The position numbers were made by a program, and so were the translations under genes. The notes under the pieces are model-generated. The model saw only the letters and a list, made by a program, of their open reading frames with translations, made no database searches and was not told the DNA's origin. From the NCBI GenBank assembly GCA_001940855.1, contig MSGS01000009.1, positions 64,441 to 128,440 on the forward strand: a stretch of DNA of 64,000 nt, in the 5' to 3' direction. This document shows, one piece after another, positions 7,956 through 17,312 of this stretch; positions within the stretch are counted from its first letter, which is position 1; each line of letters begins with the position of its first letter. The DNA comes from Christensenellaceae bacterium Phil1. GTDB taxonomy: Bacteria; Bacillota; Clostridia; Christensenellales; CAG-138.

Positions 7956-9488
7956 TTATTCCCACTCCACCGTTCCCGGGGGCTTGGAGGTTATGTCGTA
8001 GACTACGCGGTTGACATGGGAAACTTCGTTTATTATGCGGTTGGATACGCGGCCGAGTATTTCATATGGGATGTGCGCCCAGTCGGCCGTCATGAAATCG
8101 ACCGTGGTGACAGCGCGGATGGCTATAAGCTCATCATATGTGCGGCCGTCTCCCATTACGCCGACTGTCTTTACGCCGGGCAATACGGCGAAGAACTGGC
8201 TCATCTTGTCCGCATAGCCGCATTTGTCCATTTCGTCGCGCAGCACCGCGTCCGCGTCCTGCAGTATGCGCACCTTCTCGGGCGTGACTTCGCCTATTAT
8301 ACGCACGCCGAGGCCGGGACCGGGGAACGGCTGCCGCCACACAAGCTCATGCGGAATGCCCAGCATTTCGCCCACGCGGCGCACTTCATCCTTGAAAAGA
8401 TCCTTCAGCGGCTCTATCGTGCCAAGGAACTTTATATCGTCAGGTTGCTTGACCTGGTTATGATGCGTCTTTATAACGGCGGCGTCGCCCTTGCCGCTTT
8501 CTATGCGGTCGGGGTATATCGTTCCCTGTGCAAAGAAGCCGTCGCCATAGCTTTCGCGTATCTTGTCCCAGAATACGCGGTAAAACTCCGTGCCGATTAT
8601 CTTGCGCTTCTGTTCGGGATCGCTTACTCCCTTCAGGCAATCATAGAAATGCTGCTGGCAGTTTATGCGGACAAAGTTCATGTCGAACAGCTTTGTGAAC
8701 GTCTGCTCAACCATATCCCCTTCATCCTTGCGCATAAGGCCCTGATCCACAAATACGCAGGTGAGCTGCTTGCCGACGGCCTTTGAAAGCAGCGCCGCCG
8801 CAACGGACGAATCCACACCGCCGCTGAGGCCCAGCACAACGCCCTTGTCGCCAATGGTGCGCTTAAGCTCGGCAACGGTGGTATCGATAAAGCTGTCCAT
8901 CTTCCATTCGCCCTTGCAGCCGCAAACATCGAACAGGAAGCGGCGGAGCATATCTGTGCCGCCTACGGTATGGTTCACCTCAAGGTGGAACTGCACGCCG
9001 TAAAGCCGCTTTTCATCGCACTCCATGGCCGCAACGGGGCATACCGGCGTTTTGGCCGTTATCTTAAATCCCTCCGGAACTTTTGAAATATAATCGCCAT
9101 GGCTCATCCATGTTATGCCGTGGCCTTCGTCAAACAGCTTCGAGCCCGTAAGATAGTCCGTTTCCGTTTTGCCGTATTCGCGCGCAGCCGCCGTCTCCGC
9201 GGGGGACACGGTGCCGCCCAGCATATACGCCAATATCTGGCAGCCGTAGCATATGCCCAAAATTGGCACGTTAAGGCCGAATATTTCATCGGATATATGC
9301 GGGGAGGTTTCAAGATACACGCTGTTCGGCCCGCCGGTAAATATCAAGCCCGCGGGCTGCATGGCAGCGAGCTTTGCCATGTCTATTGTGTATGGGACTA
9401 TTTCGCAGTATACGCCAAGATCACGCACACGGCGGGCGATCAGCTGATTATACTGACCGCCAAAGTCCACAACGATAATTTTCTCCAT
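7956..9488 (-). CDS. guaA: GMP synthase (glutamine-hydrolysing)
   Basis: From the ORF track. It is 510 aa, with a GATase start (IIVVDFGGQYNQLIARRVR), the SGGVDSSVAA PP-loop, and a conserved C-terminus ending in PPGTVEWE. Confidence 0.95.
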   Translation of the reverse strand: MEKIIVVDFGGQYNQLIARRVRDLGVYCEIVPYTIDMAKLAAMQPAGLIFTGGPNSVYLETSPHISDEIFGLNVPILGICYGCQILAYMLGGTVSPAETAAAREYGKTETDYLTGSKLFDEGHGITWMSHGDYISKVPEGFKITAKTPVCPVAAMECDEKRLYGVQFHLEVNHTVGGTDMLRRFLFDVCGCKGEWKMDSFIDTTVAELKRTIGDKGVVLGLSGGVDSSVAAALLSKAVGKQLTCVFVDQGLMRKDEGDMVEQTFTKLFDMNFVRINCQQHFYDCLKGVSDPEQKRKIIGTEFYRVFWDKIRESYGDGFFAQGTIYPDRIESGKGDAAVIKTHHNQVKQPDDIKFLGTIEPLKDLFKDEVRRVGEMLGIPHELVWRQPFPGPGLGVRIIGEVTPEKVRILQDADAVLRDEMDKCGYADKMSQFFAVLPGVKTVGVMGDGRTYDELIAIRAVTTVDFMTADWAHIPYEILGRVSNRIINEVSHVNRVVYDITSKPPGTVEWE

Positions 9489-9492
9489 CCAA

Positions 9493-10071
9493 TTACTCCT
9501 CGTTACGGAATACTATGCCGTTTTCGTCGGCCTTTTCGATTATTGCAAGGGAATGCAGGTTCACGCCTTCGCTCCTCAGGCGCGCGCCGCCGGGCTGAAA
9601 GCCCTTTTCAACCGCAACGCCCATGCCTATCAGCTGCGCGCCGGCCTGCTCTATTATATCCACCAAGCCATGCAGCGCTTCGCCGTTGGCAAGGAAATCG
9701 TCTATAATGAGCACCTTATCGTTGGGGCCGAGCCATTGCTTGCTCATCAGCAGCGTTACTTTCTTTTTATATGTATAGGAGAATATCTCGCTTTTGTACA
9801 GGCCGCCTTCGATATTGTCGCTCTTGGCCTTTTTGGCGAAAATCATGGGCACGCCGAATTCCTCGGCACAGATGGTGGCAAGCGCTATGCCGCTGGCCTC
9901 AACCGTAAGCACGGCGGTAATGCCGGTCAAATCAAAAAGCCGACCGAATTCCTTTGCCATTTCCCGCATAAGCTTAACGTCCACGCGGTGGTTCAAAAAT
10001 CCGTCGACCTTAATAATGTTGCCGGGCAGGACTTTGCCCTCTTTCCTGATGCGCTCCTGAAGTACGTTCAT
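9493..10071 (-). CDS. xpt: Xanthine phosphoribosyltransferase
   Basis: From the ORF track. MNVLQERIRKEGKVLPGNIIKVDGFLNH and the PRPP motif KVLIIDDFLANGEA are present. It lies 4 nt upstream of guaA on the same strand. Confidence 0.9.
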   Translation of the reverse strand: MNVLQERIRKEGKVLPGNIIKVDGFLNHRVDVKLMREMAKEFGRLFDLTGITAVLTVEASGIALATICAEEFGVPMIFAKKAKSDNIEGGLYKSEIFSYTYKKKVTLLMSKQWLGPNDKVLIIDDFLANGEALHGLVDIIEQAGAQLIGMGVAVEKGFQPGGARLRSEGVNLHSLAIIEKADENGIVFRNEE

Positions 10072-10237
10072 AGTGGGGTATATCTCCTATCAAAAGTAAT
10101 CAAAATAATTACTACTAATTATCGCCCAAAACCGCCATTAATTCAATAGGCAAATAGGCTAAATGTTTTTTTGACAAACAATAATGTTTTCTTTCTCCCC
10201 TTCACAATTATTTCAAATTAGCATTACAATGACTCCA

Positions 10238-10265
10238 TTGCTTATTTTTCGGTTAAGACTATAAT
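10238..10265 (+). promoter_or_regulatory. Putative sigma-A promoter of clpB
   Basis: TTGCTT (10238-10243), a 16-nt spacer, then TATAAT (10260-10265). Confidence 0.4.
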
Positions 10266-10278
10266 AGTATTGTAATCG

Positions 10279-10298
10279 ACGGGAACAAAAGTTCCCGT
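10279..10298 (+). other. 8-bp hairpin in the clpB 5' leader
   Basis: ACGGGAAC-AAAA-GTTCCCGT lies 4 nt upstream of the AGGAGG (10303-10308). Function is unknown. Confidence 0.4.
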
Positions 10299-10316
10299 GG
10301 GCAGGAGGTAACCCCT

Positions 10317-12908
10317 ATGAACATAAACAAACTTACGCAAAGATCGCTTGAGGCGGTGCAGTCCGCCCAAAGCATAGCGGTATCGCATAACAATCAGCAG
10401 GTGGATCAGGAGCATTTGTGCGCGGCGCTCCTTGGTCAGGAGGATTCGCTCATAAAGAGCCTTATCGAGCGCATGGGTTCCGATGCGGAGGGCTTCGCGG
10501 GCGCAGTAGGCGCGGCGATAGCAAGGCTGCCGCAGGTAACCGGTTCCAGCCGCGAGGCGGATAGGATATACGTTACGCAGGATCTTGACAAGGCGCTGAA
10601 CAAGGCCGAGGAAATAGCCATCCATATGAAGGACGAGTATGTTTCCGTGGAGCATTTGTTCCTTGGCATGATGGAGCAGCCGAACTCCGCCATGAGGGAA
10701 TTGTTTTCCCGCTACAACATAAAAAAGAACGACTTCCTTAAAGCCCTTGAAGAAGTGCGCGGCGGCGCGAGGGTAACAACCGATAATCCAGAAGGCACAT
10801 ACGATGCGCTGAATAAATACGCGCAGGACCTTGTTGAACTTGCGCGCAGGCAGAAGCTCGATCCCGTTATCGGCCGTGATGACGAAGTGAGGAACGTTAT
10901 ACGCATACTGTCGCGCAAAACCAAGAACAATCCTGTGCTGATAGGTGAGCCTGGCGTTGGTAAAACGGCAATAGCCGAAGGCCTTGCGCAGAGGATAGTG
11001 CGCGGGGACGTACCGGCTAACCTGAAGGAGCGCAAAATATATTCGCTGGATATGGGCGCGCTGATAGCCGGCGCAAAGTTCCGCGGCGAATTTGAAGAAA
11101 GGCTGAAGGCCGTGCTTGGCGAGGTCAAGCGCAGCGAAGGCAAGATAATACTGTTTATCGATGAGCTGCACACAATAGTTGGCGCGGGCAAAACCGAAGG
11201 CAGCATGGATGCCGGCAATCTGCTCAAGCCCATGCTTGCGCGCGGCGAGCTGCACTGCATAGGCGCAACCACGCTTGACGAATACCGCAAGTACATCGAA
11301 AAAGATGCCGCCCTCTCCCGCCGTTTCCAGCCGGTAATGGTGGACGAGCCGAGCGTTGAGGATACAATATCCATACTGCGCGGCCTGAAGGAGCGCTACG
11401 AGGTTTACCACGGCGTTAAGATAAACGACAACGCGCTTATAGCCGCGGCAACCCTTTCGCACAGATATATAAGCGACCGTTTCCTGCCGGACAAGGCGAT
11501 AGACCTTGTGGATGAAGCATGTGCGCTGATAAGGACGGAAATGGACTCTATGCCCACGGAGCTTGACGAACTTTCCCGCAAGATAATGCAGCTTGAAATT
11601 GAAGAAGCGGCATTGAAAAAGGAATCCGACAAGCTGAGCGAGGAGCATCTGAAAGAGATACAGAAAACCCTTGCCGACGACCGCGAGAAATTCAAGCAGC
11701 TCAAGGCCAAATGGGACAAGGAAAAGGATTCCATCAAGAACGTGCAGCGCATACGCGGCGAGATAGAAGACCTTAATGCGCAGATGGAGCGCGCCGAACG
11801 CGAATATGACCTCAATAAGGCGGCCGAACTGAAATACGGCAAGCTGCCGAAGCTGAAGGAAGAGCTTGACCATGCCGAAAAGGAAATGGAGAAGGGCAAA
11901 GCGAGCGGACTGCTGCGCGACCGTGTGACGGAAGACGAAATTGCCCGCATAGTTGCCCGCTGGACCGGCATACCGGTAGCAAGACTGATGGAGGGTGAAC
12001 GCGAAAAGCTGCTGCGCCTTGAAGATATTCTGCATCAGCGCGTGATAGGTCAGGATGAGGCCGTAAAGACCGTATCCAACGCCATTCTGCGCACAAGGGC
12101 CGGCCTGAAGGATCCTTCAAAGCCCATAGGCAGTTTCCTGTTCCTCGGCCCCACTGGCGTGGGCAAGACGGAGCTCGCAAAAGCGCTTGCCGAGGCGCTG
12201 TTTGACGACGAGAACAACATGGTGCGTATAGACATGAGCGAATACATGGAGAAATACTCCGTGGCTCGCCTGATAGGCGCACCTCCGGGATACGTTGGCT
12301 ATGATGATGGCGGCCAGCTTACCGAGGCCGTGCGCAGGAAGCCTTACTGCGTTGTGCTGTTCGACGAGATTGAAAAGGCGCATCCGGACGTTTTCAACGT
12401 GCTGCTGCAGGTGCTTGACGACGGTCGCATGACCGATTCGCAGGGCCGCACGGTGGACTTCAAGAATACCGTAATAGTAATGACCAGCAACCTTGGCAGC
12501 CAGTACATACTGGACGGCATAAAGGACGGCAAGATAACCGAGGAAGCGCGCAATCAGGTAAACGCGCTGCTTAAGCAGAGCTTCCGCCCCGAGTTCCTTA
12601 ACAGGATAGACGACATAGTGTTCTATAAGCCGCTTGATAAGCAGGAGATATTTGCCATAACCGAGCTTATGCTCAAGGATATCCGCCACCGCCTTGCCGA
12701 GCGCAGGCTGGATGTGCAGCTTACGGATGCCGCGAAGCACTATATTGCCGATGCCGGTTACGACCCGCATTACGGTGCAAGGCCGCTCAAGAGACTGCTT
12801 CAGTCCAAGCTTGAAACGCTGCTTGCCCGCAAGATAATCGAATCCGACCCAGAGCCCGGTACGGTTTACACCGTGGACTGCGTAAACGGCGAATTGGTGG
12901 TTAAATAA
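10317..12908 (+). CDS. clpB: ATP-dependent chaperone ClpB
   Basis: From the ORF track. It is 863 aa with a Clp_N start, two Walker A motifs ([10 protein letters not shown] and [12 protein letters not shown]) and a long middle coiled coil. Confidence 0.95.
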   Translation: MNINKLTQRSLEAVQSAQSIAVSHNNQQVDQEHLCAALLGQEDSLIKSLIERMGSDAEGFAGAVGAAIARLPQVTGSSREADRIYVTQDLDKALNKAEEIAIHMKDEYVSVEHLFLGMMEQPNSAMRELFSRYNIKKNDFLKALEEVRGGARVTTDNPEGTYDALNKYAQDLVELARRQKLDPVIGRDDEVRNVIRILSRKTKNNPVLIGEPGVGKTAIAEGLAQRIVRGDVPANLKERKIYSLDMGALIAGAKFRGEFEERLKAVLGEVKRSEGKIILFIDELHTIVGAGKTEGSMDAGNLLKPMLARGELHCIGATTLDEYRKYIEKDAALSRRFQPVMVDEPSVEDTISILRGLKERYEVYHGVKINDNALIAAATLSHRYISDRFLPDKAIDLVDEACALIRTEMDSMPTELDELSRKIMQLEIEEAALKKESDKLSEEHLKEIQKTLADDREKFKQLKAKWDKEKDSIKNVQRIRGEIEDLNAQMERAEREYDLNKAAELKYGKLPKLKEELDHAEKEMEKGKASGLLRDRVTEDEIARIVARWTGIPVARLMEGEREKLLRLEDILHQRVIGQDEAVKTVSNAILRTRAGLKDPSKPIGSFLFLGPTGVGKTELAKALAEALFDDENNMVRIDMSEYMEKYSVARLIGAPPGYVGYDDGGQLTEAVRRKPYCVVLFDEIEKAHPDVFNVLLQVLDDGRMTDSQGRTVDFKNTVIVMTSNLGSQYILDGIKDGKITEEARNQVNALLKQSFRPEFLNRIDDIVFYKPLDKQEIFAITELMLKDIRHRLAERRLDVQLTDAAKHYIADAGYDPHYGARPLKRLLQSKLETLLARKIIESDPEPGTVYTVDCVNGELVVK

Positions 12909-12923
12909 TCTTATACAGCAAAA

Positions 12924-12956
12924 GACCGCATAGAAATATGCGGCCTTTTGTTGTTT
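12924..12956 (+). terminator. Rho-independent terminator after clpB
   Basis: GACCGCATA-GAAA-TATGCGGCC followed by TTTTGTTGTTTT. Confidence 0.8.
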
Positions 12957-12976
12957 TGGGCTATATGCCTGTTTGC

Positions 12977-13120
12977 TTAGCTGCGGAGCGGCTCCTCACG
13001 GCGGGTATCATCGCCGGGCTGATGCTCCGCATCGCCCTCCCCTGCGCTGTCTTGCGCGGCAAGCGTACCGGTCAGGTTCTTTTTAAGAGGCAGATAGCTC
13101 TCGTCATAGCTGAACTTCAT
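12977..13120 (-). CDS. Possible small ORF (47 aa, MKFSYDESYLPLKKNLTG...)
   Basis: Not in the ORF track because it is under 60 aa. The ATG at 13120 is preceded by GGGAG. It has no family match. Confidence 0.25.
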   Translation of the reverse strand: MKFSYDESYLPLKKNLTGTLAAQDSAGEGDAEHQPGDDTRREEPLRS

Positions 13121-13265
13121 CTCTTAATCTCCCTTTCACTTTTCGCTCACCAATAGCATTTGCCCAAAGCGCATTTGATATGCTATGATAAAGAATGGTA
13201 TTTTGCATAAAGAAAACGCGGCATTCCCGAAGGAACGCCGCGCATATGCACAGAAATCGCTTTTA

Positions 13266-13457
13266 TTAGAAGCTGCGCTCAACCTTGCCGGAACGAAGGC
13301 AGCGAGTGCAAACATTCACCTTGCGCACAGTGCCGTTAACCACCGCGTGAACGGTCTGAATGTTGGGAGCCCAAGTGGTCCTGGTCTTTCTGTTGGAATG
13401 GCTTACCAGATTACCGCTCATAACGCCCTTCTTGCATATTTCGCAGTACTTACCCAT
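13266..13457 (-). CDS. rpmB: 50S ribosomal protein L28
   Basis: From the ORF track. MGKYCEICKKGVMSGNLVSHSNRKTRTTWAPNIQ is the L28 signature. Confidence 0.95.
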   Translation of the reverse strand: MGKYCEICKKGVMSGNLVSHSNRKTRTTWAPNIQTVHAVVNGTVRKVNVCTRCLRSGKVERSF

Positions 13458-13656
13458 GCATTACACCTCCTTACGACGGTAGCGTGCGTTTTTACTCAAA
13501 CAGATAGTATTTTAACACGGTGTTCAGGCTTTTGCAAGCAAAAAATAATTTATTTTATGCATTTGCATAAATAGTCGGTTTGACAAGGACATATCGGCGG
13601 TGTTACAATCGGTTGTCCGCAAAAATTGCGAGCGCGCAAAGGAGGATATTTTACAT

Positions 13657-14526
13657 ATGACGGCTGAAAGAAAAGCAAAGTTGAAAGAGATTTTGATGGA
13701 TCTGCTGTTCGATATAATTGGCGGCATTCTTTACGCCGCGGGAATATACAGCTTCGCCTCGCAGGCGGAGTTCGCCCCGGGCGGCATATCCGGTCTTGCC
13801 ATAATCATAAACCACTTTACCCGGTGGCCCATCGGTATATGCACGCTGGTGCTGAACATTCCGATAGTTATAATATGCATAAAGACGCTTGGCAAAAAGT
13901 TTTTCTTCAAGTCTATAAAAACAATGGTCATAAGCACCGTTATAATAGACTTTGTGTTCCCGCTGCTGCCCGTATATAAGGGCGATGCGCTCATGGCGGC
14001 GCTGTTCGCTGGCGCGCTGAGCGGCGCAGGGCTTGCGCTGGTATATTGGCGCGGTTCTTCCACCGGCGGCACGGATTTTCTTATAATGAGCCTTAGGAAA
14101 AAGTTCCCCCATCTTTCCATAGGCACCATATCCATATGCATTGACGGCATGGTAATACTGCTGGGTGGCGTTGTGTTCGGCAGGATAGACGCCGTGCTGC
14201 AGGGCATTGTTATGACAGCCGTAAGCACCACGGTAATTGATAAGATAACCGCCGGCTTCATGACGGGCCAGGTAACTTTCATAGTGACCGGCAAGCCGAA
14301 GGAAATATCCGATGAAATAATGCACAACATAGGCCGCGGCGTAACGAGCATAAAGGGCACGGGCATGTTCTCCGGCTCAGACCGGACTATACTCATGTGC
14401 GCCTGCTCCCGCGCGGAGGCCTGCCATATCCGCGGCATAGCATACAGTGTGGATAAATCCGCGCTTGTGCTGCTTTGCCCTTACGACACGGCATACGGGC
14501 TTGGCTTCCAGCAGCTATCCGATTAA
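13657..14526 (+). CDS. YitT-family membrane protein (DUF2179 C-terminal domain)
   Basis: Start at ATG 13657 with AAGGAGG upstream. LLFDIIGGILYAAGIYSFASQAEFAPGGISGLAIIINHFT is a typical YitT N-terminus. Confidence 0.85.
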   Translation: MTAERKAKLKEILMDLLFDIIGGILYAAGIYSFASQAEFAPGGISGLAIIINHFTRWPIGICTLVLNIPIVIICIKTLGKKFFFKSIKTMVISTVIIDFVFPLLPVYKGDALMAALFAGALSGAGLALVYWRGSSTGGTDFLIMSLRKKFPHLSIGTISICIDGMVILLGGVVFGRIDAVLQGIVMTAVSTTVIDKITAGFMTGQVTFIVTGKPKEISDEIMHNIGRGVTSIKGTGMFSGSDRTILMCACSRAEACHIRGIAYSVDKSALVLLCPYDTAYGLGFQQLSD

Positions 14527-14537
14527 AGGAGGAAAAG

Positions 14538-15113
14538 ATGGAACTTATACTTGCATCCGCTTCCCCGCGGCGCAGGGAAATGCTTACCCTTATGGGTTAC
14601 GACTTTACCGTTAAGCCAAGCCGCGCCGAAGAAAAAATCGGCCATTGCGCTCCGGGCGAATACGTGAGCCGCCTTGCGCGGATAAAGGCCGCAGCCGTTG
14701 CGGAGGAATTCCCCGGCTGCTGCGTGCTTGGATCGGATACTATAGTTCACCTTGACGGCGAAATTCTGGGCAAACCGCGGGACGAGGAAGATGCTTTCCG
14801 CATACTGTCCACGCTCAGCGGCCGCACGCACACCGTGTTCACGGGCGTTGCCATAATGGCCGGCGATAATGAAATCGTATTCTATGACAAGGCCGAGGTA
14901 ACCTTCAAAACACTTGAGCCGGACGAAATACGCGACTATATAGCCACAGGCGAGCCTATGGACAAGGCCGGCGCGTACGGCATACAGGGGCCGGCAACGG
15001 TGCTGGTGGAGAAGATAGACGGTTGCTACTTCACGGTAATAGGGCTGCCCAATCCCAAGGTATACGATGCGCTGAAGGCCATGGGCATACTGCCCAAGTG
15101 GCGGCAGCATTAG
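14538..15113 (+). CDS. maf: Maf-like nucleoside triphosphate pyrophosphatase / septum formation protein
   Basis: Start MELILASASPRRREML at ATG 14538, preceded by AAGGAGG. DKAGAYGIQG is also present. Confidence 0.9.
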   Translation: MELILASASPRRREMLTLMGYDFTVKPSRAEEKIGHCAPGEYVSRLARIKAAAVAEEFPGCCVLGSDTIVHLDGEILGKPRDEEDAFRILSTLSGRTHTVFTGVAIMAGDNEIVFYDKAEVTFKTLEPDEIRDYIATGEPMDKAGAYGIQGPATVLVEKIDGCYFTVIGLPNPKVYDALKAMGILPKWRQH

Positions 15114-15344
15114 CAAAAATGCTCTATTTTTGCCGAAAAAGCACCGCCTTTGGCGAAAGGCTTGATTTAGGGCCGCGGCAATAGTATCATACGCTCACAG
15201 GCCGCAAACAAAAAATGCGGAAGGTCGAATGGGCGCGGCAATATCCCGGCAGCATATGTCGGGATATTGTATTTGTAAAAAATGCCCGTTTAGCCGAAAA
15301 AATTAACCCTTCAAAAAAACTTTTAACTTTTTTGAAAAAAGGGG

Positions 15345-15373
15345 TTGCCAAATACGGAATCACGCGCTATAAT
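15345..15373 (+). promoter_or_regulatory. Putative promoter of tRNA-Asn
   Basis: TTGCCA (15345-15350), a 17-nt spacer, then TATAAT (15368-15373). This is 15 nt upstream of the tRNA. Confidence 0.5.
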
Positions 15374-15387
15374 AACACTCGTTCCGT

Positions 15388-15463
15388 TCCTCCTTAGCTC
15401 AGTCGGTAGAGCATGCGGCTGTTAACCGCAGTGTCGTTGGTTCGAGTCCAACAGGGGGAGCCA
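15388..15463 (+). tRNA. tRNA-Asn (anticodon GTT), CCA encoded
   Basis: Hand-folded cloverleaf. The acceptor is TCCTCCT/AGGGGGA (one G-U pair), with D arm GCTC..GAGC, anticodon loop CTGTTAA and T arm GTTGG-TTCGAGT-CCAAC. Confidence 0.93.
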
Positions 15464-15492
15464 TCATTGGTTGATAAAAAGGAAACCACCTG

Positions 15493-15523
15493 AAAACACC
15501 ACAAGAAATTGTGGTGTTTTCTC
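15493..15523 (+). terminator. Rho-independent terminator after tRNA-Asn
   Basis: AAAACACCACAA-GAAA-TTGTGGTGTTTT followed by CTCGTTT. Confidence 0.75.
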
Positions 15524-15735
15524 GTTTGTTAGGCGTTTTATTACTACATATAGTGTTCTTCTGCGTCTTTTATGACCTAAATTGTTTAGGGAAACTTTTT
15601 CCGACCTTATAGACTTGTACCTGTGACAATTAAGTCATTTCTTCCATTATTACATAGGAAAACGATACAGACCGTATTTTCATCAATGAATTTACGGTCT
15701 TTTTCTTTTCCTCAAAAACTGTAAAGGAGTATATT

Positions 15736-16665
15736 GTGGAAGAAGAAAAGAGAAACACAGAGCCTACTGATCCGAAACGAGAAAAGGTCCGAGTCATTCC
15801 TCTATCCCAAATCGTTGATGCACCCGATCACCCTTTCCAAGTCAGAGACGATGATGAAATGATGTCTTTGATTGAAAGCGTAGCAACATTCGGAGTGATC
15901 TCACCTGTTATTGCAAGAAGAGTGGATGAGGATAAGTACGAACTAATATCCGGGCATCGACGAAAGTATGCTTGCGTGAAGCTGGGTAAAGATTCACTCC
16001 CTGCTATTGTCCGAGATATGACAAGGGAACAAGCCATTATATATATGGTAGATTCCAATCTACAAAGGGAACACATCCTACCTTCCGAAAGAGCTTGGGC
16101 TTATAGGATGAAGATGGATGCTATGAGAAAAACAGCTGGCAGACCGCCAAAGAATAATTTATCGCCAATGGCGACAAATATTCCAATTGATACTGCGGCT
16201 ATACTTGCTGAAGGTATGGGTGAGAGTCGAGATCAAGTATTTCGTTATATTCGTCTCACCTACCTTGTTCCTGAACTGCTTGAAGATGTGGACATTGGGA
16301 AACTCTCCTTTAGACCTGCCGTTGAATTATCTTACCTTTCCGAAGAAGAACAGAAGGATGTCTCTTATGTTATTGACGAGGAAGAAGCAACCGTGTCACT
16401 CGCACAGGCTTGTGAGCTGAAAAAGCAAAGCCAGGCAGGTATCCTTGATATGGAGCACATTGAAATGATACTCGGAGAGGACAAAAAGAACGAAAAGCAT
16501 AAGATCAAACTGCCCACTGAAAGAATTGTGAAGTATTTTGCGAAAGGGACGTCATCGCAAGAGATGGAAGAAACAATTATCAAGGCACTCGATCTTTACC
16601 GCCGGATGCAGGAAAAGGCAAGGCAACAGGCTCAGGATAGGAGCCGTAAAGGAGAAGCAAGATAG
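15736..16665 (+). CDS. ParB/Srx-family N-terminal domain protein (ParB-like, 309 aa); no ParA partner adjacent
   Basis: From the ORF track, with a GTG start after AAAGGAG. IPLSQIVDAPDHPFQVRDD and YELISGHRRKYAC (the GxRR box of ParB N-terminal domains) are present. The C-terminal half is helical. Confidence 0.8.
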   Translation: MEEEKRNTEPTDPKREKVRVIPLSQIVDAPDHPFQVRDDDEMMSLIESVATFGVISPVIARRVDEDKYELISGHRRKYACVKLGKDSLPAIVRDMTREQAIIYMVDSNLQREHILPSERAWAYRMKMDAMRKTAGRPPKNNLSPMATNIPIDTAAILAEGMGESRDQVFRYIRLTYLVPELLEDVDIGKLSFRPAVELSYLSEEEQKDVSYVIDEEEATVSLAQACELKKQSQAGILDMEHIEMILGEDKKNEKHKIKLPTERIVKYFAKGTSSQEMEETIIKALDLYRRMQEKARQQAQDRSRKGEAR

Positions 16666-16816
16666 GTATTCGATTACCAAGGGAGTAGTCTACCCTTTTA
16701 GGGGTTGGAGGTGGACTTCTTTTTTTCGGAAACTTGCTTTCGGCTTCCCCTTCCTTACCAACCAACCCCTCGTACATACCGTTATACTATCCGAAAGAGA
16801 GAATTATATGGAAAAT

Positions 16817-16844
16817 TTGAACTGCTGACGGATTTCAGTATAAT
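16817..16844 (+). promoter_or_regulatory. Putative promoter P1 (TTGAAC-16-TATAAT)
   Basis: TTGAAC lies at 16817-16822 and TATAAT at 16839-16844. The 13-mer AGTATAATATAGG (16837-16849) is repeated at 17265-17277. Confidence 0.5.
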
Positions 16845-16878
16845 ATAGGTGAAAAGAAAACAGATCGGAGGAACTGTT

Positions 16879-17247
16879 ATGGAAGTCAAAACACAAAGAA
16901 TAATCGGTATATCTCTTGTAGTGTTCTGTGCAATCGTCATTACCGTTTCGCTTTGCTTTGGAGATAGGCTGCCGAAGTCTCCACCGCCGCAGGGAATTAC
17001 CCACGGTTACTTGTTTGCCTTTGATGTGAACTGTGTAGATGAAAGCGGCGATCTTATTAAGACAGTGAAGATGGAAGGAAACGGAACATTGTGGAGCTTT
17101 GAACCGCCTGAGATTGAAGGCTATACCACCGAGAGAATGTCTATCACAAGAGACGATATCACCAACTGGAGTTATCCCGCATCCAACTATATAAGGAAAG
17201 CAGGAGGCTCAATCGTAGTTCAGTACAAGGCAGATACGCAAAATTGA
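16879..17247 (+). CDS. Membrane-anchored hypothetical protein (122 aa), possibly with a MucBP-like fold
   Basis: ATG 16879 lies 7 nt after GGAGG. The ORF track start at 16849 would precede the predicted transcription start. The N-terminal TM segment is IIGISLVVFCAIVITVSLCF. The LWSFEPPEIEGYTTE pattern is reminiscent of MucBP, but this is weak. Confidence 0.5.
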   Translation: MEVKTQRIIGISLVVFCAIVITVSLCFGDRLPKSPPPQGITHGYLFAFDVNCVDESGDLIKTVKMEGNGTLWSFEPPEIEGYTTERMSITRDDITNWSYPASNYIRKAGGSIVVQYKADTQN

Positions 17248-17272
17248 TTCTCTTTCCGGAATGTAGTATAAT
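17244..17272 (+). promoter_or_regulatory. Putative promoter P2 (TTGATT-17-TATAAT), a twin of P1
   Basis: TTGATT lies at 17244-17249 and TATAAT at 17267-17272. The extended region AGTATAATATAGG is the same as in P1. Confidence 0.5.
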
Positions 17273-17312
17273 ATAGGCGTAAAGAGAACAAGAACATAAG
17301 GAGGGCATCAAG

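Noticed and set aside
8011-10149. Plus-strand ORFs over guaA and xpt (for example 8016..8786, 9099..9707 and 9553..10149)
   Set aside because: They are antisense to two strongly supported purine-salvage genes and are typical GC-rich shadow ORFs.
10216-10246. CIRCE-like inverted repeat TTAGCATTA-N9-CATTGCTTA overlapping the clpB -35 region
   Set aside because: It matches the TTAGCACTC-N9-GAGTGCTAA consensus at only about 13 of 18 positions, with poor self-complementarity. That is too degenerate to call an HrcA operator. No CtsR direct repeat was seen either.
10072-10316. Expected purine (guanine/xanthine) riboswitch upstream of xpt
   Set aside because: I read the minus strand of the whole xpt-clpB intergenic region. 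I found none of the conserved purine-riboswitch blocks (UAUAAU..GAUAUGG..GUUUCUACC..CCGUAAA..ACUAUG). An Infernal scan would be the decisive check.
10242-12770. Long minus-strand ORFs opposite clpB (597 aa at 10242..12035; also 10712..11374, 11405..11971 and 12117..12770)
   Set aside because: They are antisense shadows of a GC-rich, well-supported clpB gene. Their translations are repetitive and biased (rich in R, A, L, F, H, Y) without motifs.
13185-13727. ORFs 13185..13574 (+) and 13524..13727 (-)
   Set aside because: The first is antisense to rpmB (L28, unambiguous). The second spans the promoter and SD region of the YitT-family gene. Neither has an SD or recognisable motifs.
15464-15735. 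Search for att-type direct repeats of the tRNA-Asn or tRNA-Gly 3' ends at the island borders (also 29301..29473)
   Set aside because: By eye I found no duplicated tRNA-derived segment at either border and no integrase inside the island. I therefore do not call it an integrative element. A computational repeat search is needed.
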